DNA from: Escherichia phage vB_EcoS_HZ_ZJUN2
DNA: 64,000 nt
Direction: 5' to 3' (one strand)
Sequence record: PP216084
Shown here: positions 44,932 through 53,913 of the stretch, one piece after another
Layout of the letters: each line of letters opens with the position of its first letter
How positions within the stretch are numbered: the first letter of the stretch is position 1
Notes under the pieces: model-generated
Told to the model about the DNA's origin: nothing
Database searches by the model: none
Seen by the model: the letters and a program-made list of their open reading frames with translations, nothing else
Position numbers and translations under genes: made by a program

Positions 44932-45153
44932 ATGCACGTTTTTGAGTTTCGTAATAAAAGTACCAATAAACGAGTTATTGTTATTGGGGAAACATATCGA
45001 GCATATGAACAAACTGACGGCTCTGTTATCTTGAATGATGAGAAAGGGGGTTTTAGCTTTTATCCAGAAGAAACATATGAAGAGTTTCGTACCAAGTTTC
45101 TTTTACCAGACTGGCTAGCAGTAGCCGAGCAACGAGAATCCGAAGATGGCTGA
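44932..45153 (+). CDS. hypothetical protein (73 aa)
   Basis: ORF track; RBS AAGGAATC. Confidence 0.5.
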   Translation: MHVFEFRNKSTNKRVIVIGETYRAYEQTDGSVILNDEKGGFSFYPEETYEEFRTKFLLPDWLAVAEQRESEDG

Positions 45154-45211
45154 TAACCTAAAATTAAGGGTTGACAAACAAAAGAAATCCCATTGAAATA
45201 ATGGGATTATC

Positions 45212-45283
45212 GCTCCTAAAGCATTGTTGGCGATGCAGTTGCCTTGTAAGCATCTGAGCTGGGTTCGATTCCTAGTGGGAGCA
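45212..45283 (+). tRNA. tRNA-Thr (anticodon UGU), CCA encoded
   Basis: Acceptor GCTCCTA/TGGGAGC, D-stem GCAT/ATGC, anticodon loop CTTGTAA, T-arm CTGGG-TTCGATT-CCTAG, A-CCA. Confidence 0.55.
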
Positions 45284-45301
45284 CCAAATTTAAAAATTCA
45301 T

Positions 45302-45330
45302 TTGCTTTCTCTCTTATTTATTGTTATAAT
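45302..45330 (+). promoter_or_regulatory. sigma70-type early promoter
   Basis: -35 TTGCTT / 17 bp / -10 TATAAT + leader ATTTACATAAATTAATGAGAGGGAAACC. Confidence 0.55.
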
Positions 45331-45360
45331 ATTTACATAAATTAATGAGAGGGAAACCAA

Positions 45361-45651
45361 ATGAAACGTTATCTTTCTGTTATGTTCCAAACCGGCGGCC
45401 AAAGATACACCTATGAATTTCCACCTTCCTGGAAAATCAGGGAAGGTGATCAAGTAGTTGTGTTAACACCGCGTGAAGAATATAAAGTAGTGACGGTTAA
45501 ACAAGTATTTCCAAAAGATCATGAACCAGCTATAGGCATCCGATATAAGATGATTCATGGCGTGGTTCGTCAAGTACCACGAACTGAGGTAGAAGTAGAT
45601 AATACTGGAGAAACTAAATTCCATTATACTTCTCACTTAGACAGTGTGTGA
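45361..45651 (+). CDS. hypothetical protein (96 aa)
   Basis: ORF track. Confidence 0.5.
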   Translation: MKRYLSVMFQTGGQRYTYEFPPSWKIREGDQVVVLTPREEYKVVTVKQVFPKDHEPAIGIRYKMIHGVVRQVPRTEVEVDNTGETKFHYTSHLDSV

Positions 45652-45666
45652 TGTAAATATTTTAAT

Positions 45667-45740
45667 GCTTCGGTAGCTTAGCGATCTAAAGCACTCGGCT
45701 GATAACCGAGAGATCGGGGGTTTAAATCCCTCCCGAAGTA
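45667..45740 (+). tRNA. tRNA-Ile (anticodon GAU), CCA encoded
   Basis: Acceptor GCTTCGG/CCGAAGT, anticodon stem CTCGG/CCGAG with loop CTGATAA, T-arm GGGGG-TTTAAAT-CCCTC, A-CCA. Confidence 0.65.
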
Positions 45741-45837
45741 CCAAATCTAGGAATTAAGACTATGCGTCCAGGAAAGTTTAAAAAAGCTAGTTGGTCCAAA
45801 GAGTACAAAGAATACTTACTTAGCCTAGTAAAACGTA

Positions 45838-45910
45838 ATAGTTAGTTGGCAGAGTGGTTATGCACCTCCTTCATACGGAGCGACTACAGTGGTTCAAATC
45901 CACTACTAAC
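45838..45910 (+). tRNA. tRNA-Met-type (anticodon CAU), CCA encoded
   Basis: Acceptor AGTTAGT/ACTAACT, anticodon loop TTCATAC, T-arm AGTGG-TTCAAAT-CCACT, A-CCA; a 27-codon mini-ORF (45762-45841) ends inside its 5' end. Confidence 0.6.
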
Positions 45911-45928
45911 TACCAAACAGGAGATCTA

Positions 45929-46297
45929 ATGAAAGCGTATCAAAATCTTAAATCTGGCGTAATTAATATTGTTCATAATAACCAGATTATTCAACTGTAC
46001 TCTAAAGATGGTGAACTTAAACAAAAAGTTCTAGTTGAAGATCTAGAGAGTATCACACCTCATTTTGACCCCGAATCCTTTCGTGAAGTCAAAGTGGAAG
46101 TCGCCCCTCAAATTGAAGGTGGTCAACACCTAAATGTCAATGTGTTAAGTCGTGATCAGCTTTTGGATGCGCAGAAACATCCTGAAAAATACCCTCAATT
46201 AACTATCCGTGTTTCAGGGTATGCTGTGCGTTTTAACGCACTGACGCGTGAACAGCAGAACGACGTTATTAGTCGTACATTTACTCAGGTGATGTAA
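45929..46297 (+). CDS. hypothetical protein (about 122 aa)
   Basis: Track ORF 45854-46297 trimmed past the tRNA to ATG 45929 with RBS CAGGAGATC. Confidence 0.5.
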   Translation: MKAYQNLKSGVINIVHNNQIIQLYSKDGELKQKVLVEDLESITPHFDPESFREVKVEVAPQIEGGQHLNVNVLSRDQLLDAQKHPEKYPQLTIRVSGYAVRFNALTREQQNDVISRTFTQVM

Positions 46298-46378
46298 TGG
46301 GGCTTGGATACGGCTTCTACGAACTACGTAGGGTAGTCGAGCAAACTCCATTTATCTCCCAAGTTTTAGGAGAAATGT

Positions 46379-46693
46379 GTGGATCGAGCATTAAGACGTC
46401 ACCATCGGCAACGTGTGAAAAACAATCGCAAGAAATATTGGACAGTCTTCCCACATGAAGAAAGCCCTAAACGGTTAGGTATTATCACTACTACTCCTTG
46501 CATCTGTTCTTGTTGGATGTGCGGGAATCCTCGCAAACACTTTAAGAATAGTAAAGCAGGGATGAAAACCTCGGAGATTAGGAAAATGGAAGCAATGATT
46601 ACGGATATTTCAAATGATGAATTTGATGGCTTTGTAGGATTCGGAGAAGGAATTAGCTCAGACTGTTTCGAAGATGAACGCCCCGATCTGTGA
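46379..46693 (+). CDS. hypothetical protein (104 aa), Cys-containing
   Basis: ORF track. Confidence 0.45.
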   Translation: MDRALRRHHRQRVKNNRKKYWTVFPHEESPKRLGIITTTPCICSCWMCGNPRKHFKNSKAGMKTSEIRKMEAMITDISNDEFDGFVGFGEGISSDCFEDERPDL

Positions 46694-46699
46694 TTAATA

Positions 46700-46737
46700 A
46701 CAAACCCCAGCTATTGAATAAGTAGTCTGGGGTTTTT
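46700..46737 (+). terminator. rho-independent terminator
   Basis: AACCCCAG...CTGGGGTTTTTCTG. Confidence 0.55.
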
Positions 46738-46814
46738 CTGTATATAGGTAAATAATTTATGTATAATAAAATTCACCCACATTAGGTTAATTTAAAAGAC
46801 TTAATGGAGGTAAT

Positions 46815-47162
46815 ATGAGCCGTACTTATCGTAAACAATCTGGTGATCAGTGGTGGAAGTCTAAAGCTAATTACACCCAGGGATATGCTTTCCTCAAAGC
46901 AAGTGGCTACTACATTCGTGTTACTTATGCTAAATCCTGGGATGAGGTAGAACAGGAAATGGAAGAAGCAACCATTCGTAATGAGAAAAAGGATGGTTAT
47001 AGCTGGAATTCTGTTAGTAAGAATGTTAAGTGGCATTCTAATAAAATGGTTCGTCAAGGAAATCGTCAGGAACTCCACCGCGTGATGAAAGACCCAGAAA
47101 ATTACGACTATAATCGCGATCATGACATGCGTAAGCGTGGATTATGGTGGTGCTACGACTAA
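46815..47162 (+). CDS. hypothetical protein (115 aa)
   Basis: ORF track; RBS TAATGGAGGTAAT. Confidence 0.5.
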   Translation: MSRTYRKQSGDQWWKSKANYTQGYAFLKASGYYIRVTYAKSWDEVEQEMEEATIRNEKKDGYSWNSVSKNVKWHSNKMVRQGNRQELHRVMKDPENYDYNRDHDMRKRGLWWCYD

Positions 47163-47179
47163 TTTCTGAAATAATTCAT

Positions 47180-47208
47180 TTGCTAAACCTCTCTTTTCTT
47201 GTTATAAT
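47180..47208 (+). promoter_or_regulatory. sigma70-type early promoter
   Basis: -35 TTGCTA / 17 bp / -10 TATAAT + leader ATTTATAAATTGATGAGAGAGG. Confidence 0.55.
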
Positions 47209-47238
47209 ATATTTATAAATTGATGAGAGAGGTTTGAA

Positions 47239-47520
47239 ATGAAAACTCGTCTAGACTGTGCTATTCACGTTGTCGAGCATAGTGTTGTTGGAACCTATAT
47301 GTCTTATCATGAGGCAGGTCGCTTAATTAAAGAACGTGTGGCAGATGTGTGTGGATTGAAGATTACTGCTGAGGAAGCTGATGATCTTTTAGGCCAAGCA
47401 CTTGAGAAAACCGAAATATTCCTCTGTGATTCTTGTTCTTGGTGGTGTGAAGCTCACGAACATTCCTTCAATGATTATGATGTATGTCGTGATTGTAGTG
47501 GGGAGGATGAAGATGAATAA
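47239..47520 (+). CDS. hypothetical Cys-rich protein (93 aa)
   Basis: ORF track; C-terminal CDSCSWWCEAHEH...CRDCSGEDEDE. Confidence 0.5.
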   Translation: MKTRLDCAIHVVEHSVVGTYMSYHEAGRLIKERVADVCGLKITAEEADDLLGQALEKTEIFLCDSCSWWCEAHEHSFNDYDVCRDCSGEDEDE

Positions 47521-47812
47521 GTTTATTATTGCACTGATGATCTCCGCAGTTAGTTTCGGTTCTCTAGCATCTACCAAAGTTTTTATGAAAAATGGCAATG
47601 TTAAAGTCCAACAGAACGGTATTATTACCGAGTATGGTAAAGTTCGTGATGTTAAGGAACGTAACGGCAGAGTAGAAATATATACTAATAAAAACTTCTC
47701 TACTCCGGCTGTTACTGTTAGCAAACGTGGTGAGATAACTACTCAACGTACTAATAGCTCTAGTTCTTTTACTTGTCGTTATGATTGCGACTTTGAAGGT
47801 GAAGATGAATAA
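47507..47812 (+). CDS. small secreted protein (about 101 aa) with signal peptide
   Basis: Track ORF 47402-47812 trimmed to ATG 47507 (MKMNKFIIALMISAVSFGSLASTK...). Confidence 0.5.
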   Translation: MKMNKFIIALMISAVSFGSLASTKVFMKNGNVKVQQNGIITEYGKVRDVKERNGRVEIYTNKNFSTPAVTVSKRGEITTQRTNSSSSFTCRYDCDFEGEDE

Positions 47813-48200
47813 TTTAGATCCTAGAATTAAATTTGCAATTACAGAAATCCAAGATCAAATTGATGAGGATTTCACTGTTTGGTCAAGGTCTGGTAATGGA
47901 GAATATTGCCAGCTTTATAGTATGAAAATGGGTATCTCAATTGAGCTTAATATCAACTCTGAAGGTAGAGTAGAAGCCCAACCCATGTTCAGTGTTCCAG
48001 GCTTCTCTGGATTTGTTGCAGGTATAAAATTGTGTCTACCAAATAACCATCTTCATCGAGTTATTTGTCAGTTAGAGACTATTAAGCATTTCTTGCCAGA
48101 AGGTAACATTAATGACTACTACCATGAAGTTGTAGCAGCTCATATGATGAAAGAAAGTAAACGTCGGAGAGAAGAACGTGAAAAGACTAAACATCAATAG
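47805..48200 (+). CDS. hypothetical protein (about 131 aa)
   Basis: Track ORF 47781-48200 trimmed to ATG 47805, overlapping previous stop (ATGAATAA). Confidence 0.5.
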   Translation: MNNLDPRIKFAITEIQDQIDEDFTVWSRSGNGEYCQLYSMKMGISIELNINSEGRVEAQPMFSVPGFSGFVAGIKLCLPNNHLHRVICQLETIKHFLPEGNINDYYHEVVAAHMMKESKRRREEREKTKHQ

Positions 48201-48474
48201 CACAGTGCAGATTCCAGCAACTAAGGATGTTTTAACATTCCTACGGAGTGAAAACGCCCAGTTTTGGCATGATCATGTTGTAAAGAACGGTAGTACTCCA
48301 GATGTAGTTGCCTTTGCTAAAAAACGTATCGAAGAATATAAAGATCCAGAGATTAAAGATGGGATGATCACTATGCAATTGTGGGTAGCCATGAATACGT
48401 TTGGACCTACTATGAGTCTAGGAGTTACTCCACTGTTTACTAATATTCTAATTAATGAAAAGGATCTGAAATGA
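48178..48474 (+). CDS. hypothetical protein (98 aa)
   Basis: ORF track. Confidence 0.5.
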   Translation: MKRLNINSTVQIPATKDVLTFLRSENAQFWHDHVVKNGSTPDVVAFAKKRIEEYKDPEIKDGMITMQLWVAMNTFGPTMSLGVTPLFTNILINEKDLK

Positions 48475-48755
48475 TTATCTCTCCTTTTGCTCTTTGGTTC
48501 GTCATCGGGTCTGTGGTTGCTATTTACAGCTTGATTGATGATCTATATATTTCTAAGAATAAAGATGTAATATTATACGTTATACATAAAACCCGACCAT
48601 TAGACCTACCACCTCTTGATGATAAAACATTACTCAGGTGTGCTAGATCTGTGATACTTATTATGGATATTCTGCTAGGCCCAGCATCTGTATTCTTCTT
48701 TTATAGAAAAACTCGTAATATGAAAAAATTTAAAGCTGAAATGCAGAATATCTAA
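48471..48755 (+). CDS. small membrane protein (94 aa)
   Basis: ORF track; hydrophobic N-terminal segment. Confidence 0.5.
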   Translation: MIISPFALWFVIGSVVAIYSLIDDLYISKNKDVILYVIHKTRPLDLPPLDDKTLLRCARSVILIMDILLGPASVFFFYRKTRNMKKFKAEMQNI

Positions 48756-48829
48756 AGAACTCGCGTAGGACCGAGTTGCGTCACCTGCAACTGTTACGGA
48801 TAAGGGAGTCGTGCCCCTTAGTGTGGTAA

Positions 48830-49210
48830 GTGGTGAGGTGGCTGCTAGCCCTAACTGGAGATAATATGACTATATTACTAATTCTTGTTACAACTTGGTT
48901 TTTAATCGGTGCTGTATATGCGATAGCTATTATTAGACATTTGGATGAACATTCTGCTGAATGGTTTGTTAAGTATCTACGTATTGATGATCAAGAACAG
49001 AAGTTTAAAGATGAAAAGCATAAAAAAGCAGTAAATAATATGACAGCCAAAGAATGCTTGTTCTACATGCGTATTGTAGGGTTCTTTGGACTATTAGTTG
49101 CTGGCCCAATTGGTTCTACCATTGCTCCATATAAAGAAACAGTTGCTGACATCAAATTGTGGAGAAATGCAGGGGTACTACGCAAAGCTAGAGAAACTAA
49201 TATTACATAA
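48830..49210 (+). CDS. membrane protein (126 aa)
   Basis: ORF track; two hydrophobic segments. Confidence 0.5.
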   Translation: MVRWLLALTGDNMTILLILVTTWFLIGAVYAIAIIRHLDEHSAEWFVKYLRIDDQEQKFKDEKHKKAVNNMTAKECLFYMRIVGFFGLLVAGPIGSTIAPYKETVADIKLWRNAGVLRKARETNIT

Positions 49211-49253
49211 GATTGATACTAAATCAACTTACTAGCAAAAGCAAATAATGACA

Positions 49254-49290
49254 AAGCCCAGCCTGCACTTTTGCGACTGGGCTATTTTTA
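49254..49290 (+). terminator. rho-independent terminator
   Basis: GCCCAGCC...GACTGGGC hairpin + TATTTTTAT. Confidence 0.5.
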
Positions 49291-49304
49291 TAATAAAATT
49301 TTAG

Positions 49305-49333
49305 TTGCTTAGATGCCCAAACTTTTGTATAAT
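49305..49333 (+). promoter_or_regulatory. sigma70-type early promoter
   Basis: -35 TTGCTT / 17 bp / -10 TATAAT. Confidence 0.55.
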
Positions 49334-49364
49334 ATGTTTATAGATTGAGGCAAGAGGATTAAAT

Positions 49365-50063
49365 ATGAGGATTATTTCTAAGTTCGCCGATGTGTATGAT
49401 TTGCAGAACAGTTTGTTCGACCCAGATCGCGTTTGGGAGCGTAAAACTGAAGAGTTGCTGGTTAAAGTAACCGATGATGCAGAAAAGAACATTGTGCATA
49501 CTCGCCAGGTATTTCGTGATGGCTCGCTATCTTTTCGTGGTGATTTCGAATATTTTGTAAACCCACTATTTGTTGCAGGTGAAGTTTACTGGTTGCACGA
49601 GCTGTACTGCTGGCATCCAGCATTTAGCTTCAAAACGTTTAATCTCGACACTATGTTCGATAAAATGGAAGAGATGGGATTGCATGCTCGCTCTTACTTA
49701 ATGGATAAGAGTCGCGGAGATGTTCGTGAAACAATGCGTGATTTGCTCGCTGAAGCAAAACCTAAAGCAGAACGTATCTTATCCGAACTGCGTGTACCGA
49801 TTGCATATGTGAAAGGTATTAAAAAGAACGATAACGATGATGTTCGTAACTTCGTGATTCAGACTAACATTCGTTTCCATCAATCAGGTATTCCGTGGCA
49901 GGAAATTGAAAGTAACTTATACCGTTTACACCAAGTTCTCGAACAGTATATCTTCGGTGTACTAGGAACTGGTGAGCCTGATATGATTAAAGTATCAGAT
50001 AAAGACAGGTTAGCAGCGCATGGATTTGATACAAAAACTTCTTTCAGGAATATGGCGCGGTAA
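49365..50063 (+). CDS. hypothetical protein (232 aa)
   Basis: ORF track; RBS GAGGATTAAAT. Confidence 0.55.
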   Translation: MRIISKFADVYDLQNSLFDPDRVWERKTEELLVKVTDDAEKNIVHTRQVFRDGSLSFRGDFEYFVNPLFVAGEVYWLHELYCWHPAFSFKTFNLDTMFDKMEEMGLHARSYLMDKSRGDVRETMRDLLAEAKPKAERILSELRVPIAYVKGIKKNDNDDVRNFVIQTNIRFHQSGIPWQEIESNLYRLHQVLEQYIFGVLGTGEPDMIKVSDKDRLAAHGFDTKTSFRNMAR

Positions 50064-50469
50064 GTGGTATATCCTGGGAGCAGGTCTAGCGATAGGCATC
50101 GGGTTCGGTGCTTATCACTTAGTAGATAGAGTGGAGACTTTAGCGGGAGATCTTGCAGTAGCTACTAAAAAGATCTCTTCTCTAGAGACTTCCCTTAATA
50201 AGGTGAAAGCTGAAAGCGAACTTCGTGAGACTAGAATGAATCAGTATTTCACAATGAATAATATTTCGCAAGCAGATCTAGACAAAAAGATTAAGCAGTT
50301 AGATAAAGCTCTTAGTCGCCAAGATATTATAGCTGCAAAGCCTGGATTGGTAACATTAATTGCTAAAAAGCAGAGTAAAGAATTTGAGGAGAGATTAGCA
50401 TGTCTTTCTGGAAGTGTGGAATACTGCTCGCAGCCGCAATCACAATCACAGGCTGTGCACAAGAAATAA
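50020..50469 (+). CDS. putative inner-membrane spanin-like protein (Rz-like: N-terminal TM + coiled coil)
   Basis: TM helix WYILGAGLAIGIGFGAY then coiled-coil LAGDLAVATKKISSLETSLNKVKAESELRE. Confidence 0.45.
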   Translation: MDLIQKLLSGIWRGKWYILGAGLAIGIGFGAYHLVDRVETLAGDLAVATKKISSLETSLNKVKAESELRETRMNQYFTMNNISQADLDKKIKQLDKALSRQDIIAAKPGLVTLIAKKQSKEFEERLACLSGSVEYCSQPQSQSQAVHKK

Positions 50470-50753
50470 AGCCAGAGCCCTCTCATGAGCTACCAACAGC
50501 TCACGTAGATTGGCCTAAAGGACTTCAACCTTGTAGCTTTGACTTTAAGTTTGAAAAGAAAGTAGCTACAAATGGAGAAGATGGCGTAGTAGTTGTTGTA
50601 CCATATAAAGATTGGAATATGTTGGCAAAATGCCGTGAGGCAGAATATTCCTTTATTTCACGATTGACTAGTATGGTTTGCTTCTATCGCCAAGATTTAC
50701 AAGAAAAACGTTGCTTAGTTTACTATCCACCCATTAACAATAGGAAAGATTAA
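50400..50753 (+). CDS. putative outer-membrane lipoprotein, spanin-like (Rz1-like), start overlapping previous ORF
   Basis: Lipoprotein signal with lipobox LAAAITITGC; start embedded in a different frame in the 3' end of ORF 50020-50469. Confidence 0.45.
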   Translation: MSFWKCGILLAAAITITGCAQEIKPEPSHELPTAHVDWPKGLQPCSFDFKFEKKVATNGEDGVVVVVPYKDWNMLAKCREAEYSFISRLTSMVCFYRQDLQEKRCLVYYPPINNRKD

Positions 50754-51505
50754 TGTCAGTATTAGTAGGTTTACATGGCGAGGCAGGTGCAGGAAAAGAT
50801 ACCGTTGCAAAATTAATTATCGATTGGTGTAATGACACGTATCCAACGTGTTCACCCCGTCGTTACAGTTTTGCTAAACCAGTTTATGAGCTTGCATCCG
50901 TAATCCTCGGGGTAACTCCAGAGTTTCTGGGAGAGCGCAGGGGAAAAGAAATTGACCAATGGTTTACTGTCACACAATCTCAATTGGAGCGAGCTAGAGA
51001 CGTATGGTTTAAATACGGTATCGATAAGTTTGAAGACTTCTCGTACGTTTGGCCGATTTTTGAGGAAAAATATCTTAATCCTCAACAACTTATCTCAGAG
51101 AATAAAGAAGACGGACTTTACAGTTTATTTATTTCTCCGAGAAAAATGTTACAGCTCGTAGGAACAGAGCTAGGAAGGCAGCTGGTACATGAACGCATTT
51201 GGCTCATAATTCTGGAGCAATCCATCGCTAAAGACGACCCAGATGTCGCCGTAATAACAGATGTGAGATTCCCCAATGAAGGAGAGTTACTCAGAGAAAC
51301 GAACCATTTAGATATGGATTCTTTACTAATAAATGTAGTGCCCGCTGAGCAGAAGTTCACTATTAAATCAGATCATCCATCTGAAAGTGGTATTCCTGCA
51401 AAATATATCACCCACGAATTAGTTAATAAATTCGATGGTATCAATAACCTTAAACTAGAAGTGTATAACTTCTGTGACTTAGAGCTAGAACCACTAGTTG
51501 GATAA
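50753..51505 (+). CDS. deoxynucleoside monophosphate kinase (P-loop NMP kinase)
   Basis: N-terminal Walker A VGLHGEAGAGKDTVAKL; ~250 aa as for phage dNMP kinases. Confidence 0.7.
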   Translation: MSVLVGLHGEAGAGKDTVAKLIIDWCNDTYPTCSPRRYSFAKPVYELASVILGVTPEFLGERRGKEIDQWFTVTQSQLERARDVWFKYGIDKFEDFSYVWPIFEEKYLNPQQLISENKEDGLYSLFISPRKMLQLVGTELGRQLVHERIWLIILEQSIAKDDPDVAVITDVRFPNEGELLRETNHLDMDSLLINVVPAEQKFTIKSDHPSESGIPAKYITHELVNKFDGINNLKLEVYNFCDLELEPLVG

Positions 51506-51517
51506 TCAAGGATCGCT

Positions 51518-52102
51518 ATGACTAATAAAAAAGAAGAAAAGACTAACCTGTTTCACTCCATTCGCCAATCTAATGAGTATACCTTTTTCTTTGATGAAGA
51601 ATTAGGCCCGCCGGATGAATACCGTGATTTATCAATGGTACTTATGCAGGCAAATGAGGACGACGAAATTAATCTGATGATTAATGGTCCGGGTGGTTAT
51701 GTTGATACTGCTGCACAGTTATCTAACTTAATTGCTAATTGCCGTGGAACAGTTATAGGACATCTGGTTGGTCCTAGTGCTTCTGCTTACTGCACAATTT
51801 TCCTATCCTGCCATGGATGGGTAGTACATCCACATGCTACGCTAATGGGGCACACGTTCTCTGGCGGATTCTGTGAGAAGGGTCAAGAAATCAAGAAAGC
51901 CTATGAATCTTACAACAAGTTCGTAGAAGATATGATGCTAGATGTCTACTATCCGTTCTTCTCTATAGACGAAATCGACGAGATGGTAAAAGACAACAAA
52001 AATATCTATCTAGATAGCAAAGAAATCCATAAGCGTATTGAAATCTTGGCAAAATATCGATCTGAGCAATGTAATAAAGCCCAGTTATCTCAATCAGAGT
52101 AG
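51518..52102 (+). CDS. ClpP-like serine protease (S14 family) homolog
   Basis: ClpP-like core LMINGPGGYVDTAAQLSNLI...VIGHLVGPSASAYCTIFLSCHG...HPHATLMGH. Confidence 0.55.
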   Translation: MTNKKEEKTNLFHSIRQSNEYTFFFDEELGPPDEYRDLSMVLMQANEDDEINLMINGPGGYVDTAAQLSNLIANCRGTVIGHLVGPSASAYCTIFLSCHGWVVHPHATLMGHTFSGGFCEKGQEIKKAYESYNKFVEDMMLDVYYPFFSIDEIDEMVKDNKNIYLDSKEIHKRIEILAKYRSEQCNKAQLSQSE

Positions 52103-52119
52103 CATAACGAAGAGTAAGT

Positions 52120-52155
52120 AGTTTTAAGCCAGGGTTTAACGACCCTGGCTTTTCT
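52120..52155 (+). terminator. rho-independent terminator
   Basis: GCCAGGGTTTAACGACCCTGGC + TTTTCTTTT. Confidence 0.6.
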
Positions 52156-52275
52156 TTTATCTAAAATTCTTATTGACAACGACAAAATTTTATGCTCCAG
52201 AAGTGATCTTTAAAAACACATTGTAATTTTCCTCTAGAATTAGTATAATGGTACTGGTTAGAGGAGGTTACAAAA

Positions 52276-52932
52276 TTGGAAAAGTTCTTACAACTATTAA
52301 CGGTACTGCTCCAAGAAGCGAAAGATCCAGCATCGCTTCTTAAACGTCTGCTAACTATCTTAGTTGCTGTCATTATTTTCTTATTTGTTAGTAATACTAG
52401 TGAGGTGATGTCATTCTTAAAGACTTTTTCCACGTCTGCGGTTCTACAGGATGTTCAAACTCAAAGGATAGATAACTTTCCTAATGTAGCTAGAGAAAAG
52501 AGCATGGTGCTTTTCTCCCAAACGGGTGCGGATGCTGTTTTTGTCGTCAAGTATAAACCCGATGCTATCAATGATTATTCCAATATTATTGCATGGGAAA
52601 GTGATGCGCAATTAGATAGGGCTGACTTGGCTGATAAAGCGGTAAATAAAACGTCTGAATTATACAGACGTCACTTGGAAGGCTTTAACTACGCATCGGA
52701 TTTAAGTGTAAAAGTAAATAAATACATGGGGTTAAATATACCTGCGTTTAAGAACGTTACCTTTAATTACATATACACTTGTCCGTATTTCAATCTAAAC
52801 AATATCTATGCTGGATATATTGGTATTGCTTGGAAAGATAATCCTGTAGATGCAGCCGATTCTGAGAAATTTAACGAGTACTTAACAAAGCTCTGTTCCC
52901 CACAACAGAGATCTTTAGGTAGATCAATATGA
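52276..52932 (+). CDS. putative holin (membrane protein immediately upstream of and coupled to endolysin)
   Basis: 218 aa, N-terminal TM segment LLTILVAVIIFLFV; stop overlaps endolysin start (ATGA). Confidence 0.5.
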   Translation: MEKFLQLLTVLLQEAKDPASLLKRLLTILVAVIIFLFVSNTSEVMSFLKTFSTSAVLQDVQTQRIDNFPNVAREKSMVLFSQTGADAVFVVKYKPDAINDYSNIIAWESDAQLDRADLADKAVNKTSELYRRHLEGFNYASDLSVKVNKYMGLNIPAFKNVTFNYIYTCPYFNLNNIYAGYIGIAWKDNPVDAADSEKFNEYLTKLCSPQQRSLGRSI

Positions 52933-53342
52933 GTTTTAAATTTAGTCAAAGAAGTTTAGATAGATTAAAAGGTGTTCACCCCGACTTAGTAAAAGTAACA
53001 CATAGGGCTTTAGAATTAAGCCCCTATGATTTTACTATTACAGAAGGACTTCGTTCCCTAGAACAAAGTGCTAAGAACATTGCTAATGGTACATCTTTCT
53101 TAAAAGATCCTAGCAAATCTAAGCATGTTCAAGGTAGGGCGGTAGATTTTGCTCCGCTTAAGGATGGAAAGATTGACTGGAATGATCTAGAATCCTTTAA
53201 GTTAGTGGCAGATGCCTTCTTTAAGGCAGCGGAAGAGCTAGGAGTAAAGATTAGATGGGGTGGTGATTGGAACCAGAATGGAAGTTATAAGGATGAAATC
53301 CAACGTGGTACTTTTGATGGCCCACATATAGAATTGATTTAA
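52929..53342 (+). CDS. endolysin, L-alanyl-D-glutamate peptidase (M15-type), 137 aa
   Basis: Zn-ligand context HVQGRAVDFAP...DW...IRWGGDW; size matches the T5 endolysin. Confidence 0.8.
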   Translation: MSFKFSQRSLDRLKGVHPDLVKVTHRALELSPYDFTITEGLRSLEQSAKNIANGTSFLKDPSKSKHVQGRAVDFAPLKDGKIDWNDLESFKLVADAFFKAAEELGVKIRWGGDWNQNGSYKDEIQRGTFDGPHIELI

Positions 53343-53349
53343 GTAAAAT

Positions 53350-53375
53350 ACGGCGGGAATACTCCCGCCTTTTAG
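53350..53375 (+). terminator. rho-independent terminator after endolysin
   Basis: GGCGGGAATACTCCCGCC + TTTTAGG. Confidence 0.6.
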
Positions 53376-53415
53376 GCAAAAGGGCTCTAATAATTTTTGA
53401 AAATAGGAGAAAGCC

Positions 53416-53838
53416 ATGTTTGCAGAACTATTCACCATGATGCTGCTAGGTATCTGGAAAATAAGTCTAGTAGTATTCGTTTTAATAATAGTCTTTACTA
53501 TCCTTGCACTAACTACCCAAAATAGCTTATTAATAAAGGTTATTCATGTACTAGAGTATATAATTATGGGTTCATTCGGCGTTTGTAAATGTAAATGCAA
53601 TTGCCATAGAGATACGAAGTATTGTTGGTTATGGATGGAACTAGAGAATCCTATATCCATAGCTTTGGCTGTTTCATTCGGTATGATTCTTATGGCCCTT
53701 ACTCTAGCATTAATACCTTTGATGTTAGCTGAGGGAGTTACAGCGTATTTCACCCTTTTCTCCCCGATACTTATGTACTCAATTTACCCAATAACTATGT
53801 ATCTAGTTAGGAAAAGATTTATACATGTAGTAGATTAA
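53416..53838 (+). CDS. multi-pass small membrane protein (140 aa)
   Basis: ORF track; several hydrophobic helices and a Cys cluster CKCKCNCH. Confidence 0.5.
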   Translation: MFAELFTMMLLGIWKISLVVFVLIIVFTILALTTQNSLLIKVIHVLEYIIMGSFGVCKCKCNCHRDTKYCWLWMELENPISIALAVSFGMILMALTLALIPLMLAEGVTAYFTLFSPILMYSIYPITMYLVRKRFIHVVD

Positions 53839-53851
53839 GATAAAAAAGTAG

Positions 53852-53880
53852 TTGACTTTTAGCCCTAGTTATTATATAAT
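53852..53880 (+). promoter_or_regulatory. sigma70-type early promoter
   Basis: -35 TTGACT / 17 bp / -10 TATAAT. Confidence 0.55.
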
Positions 53881-53913
53881 ATATACATAAATTAGTTAAG
53901 AGAGGTATATATT

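Noticed and set aside
52170-52433. Minus-strand 87-aa ORF
   Set aside because: Antisense to the putative holin start and its promoter region; no supporting signals.
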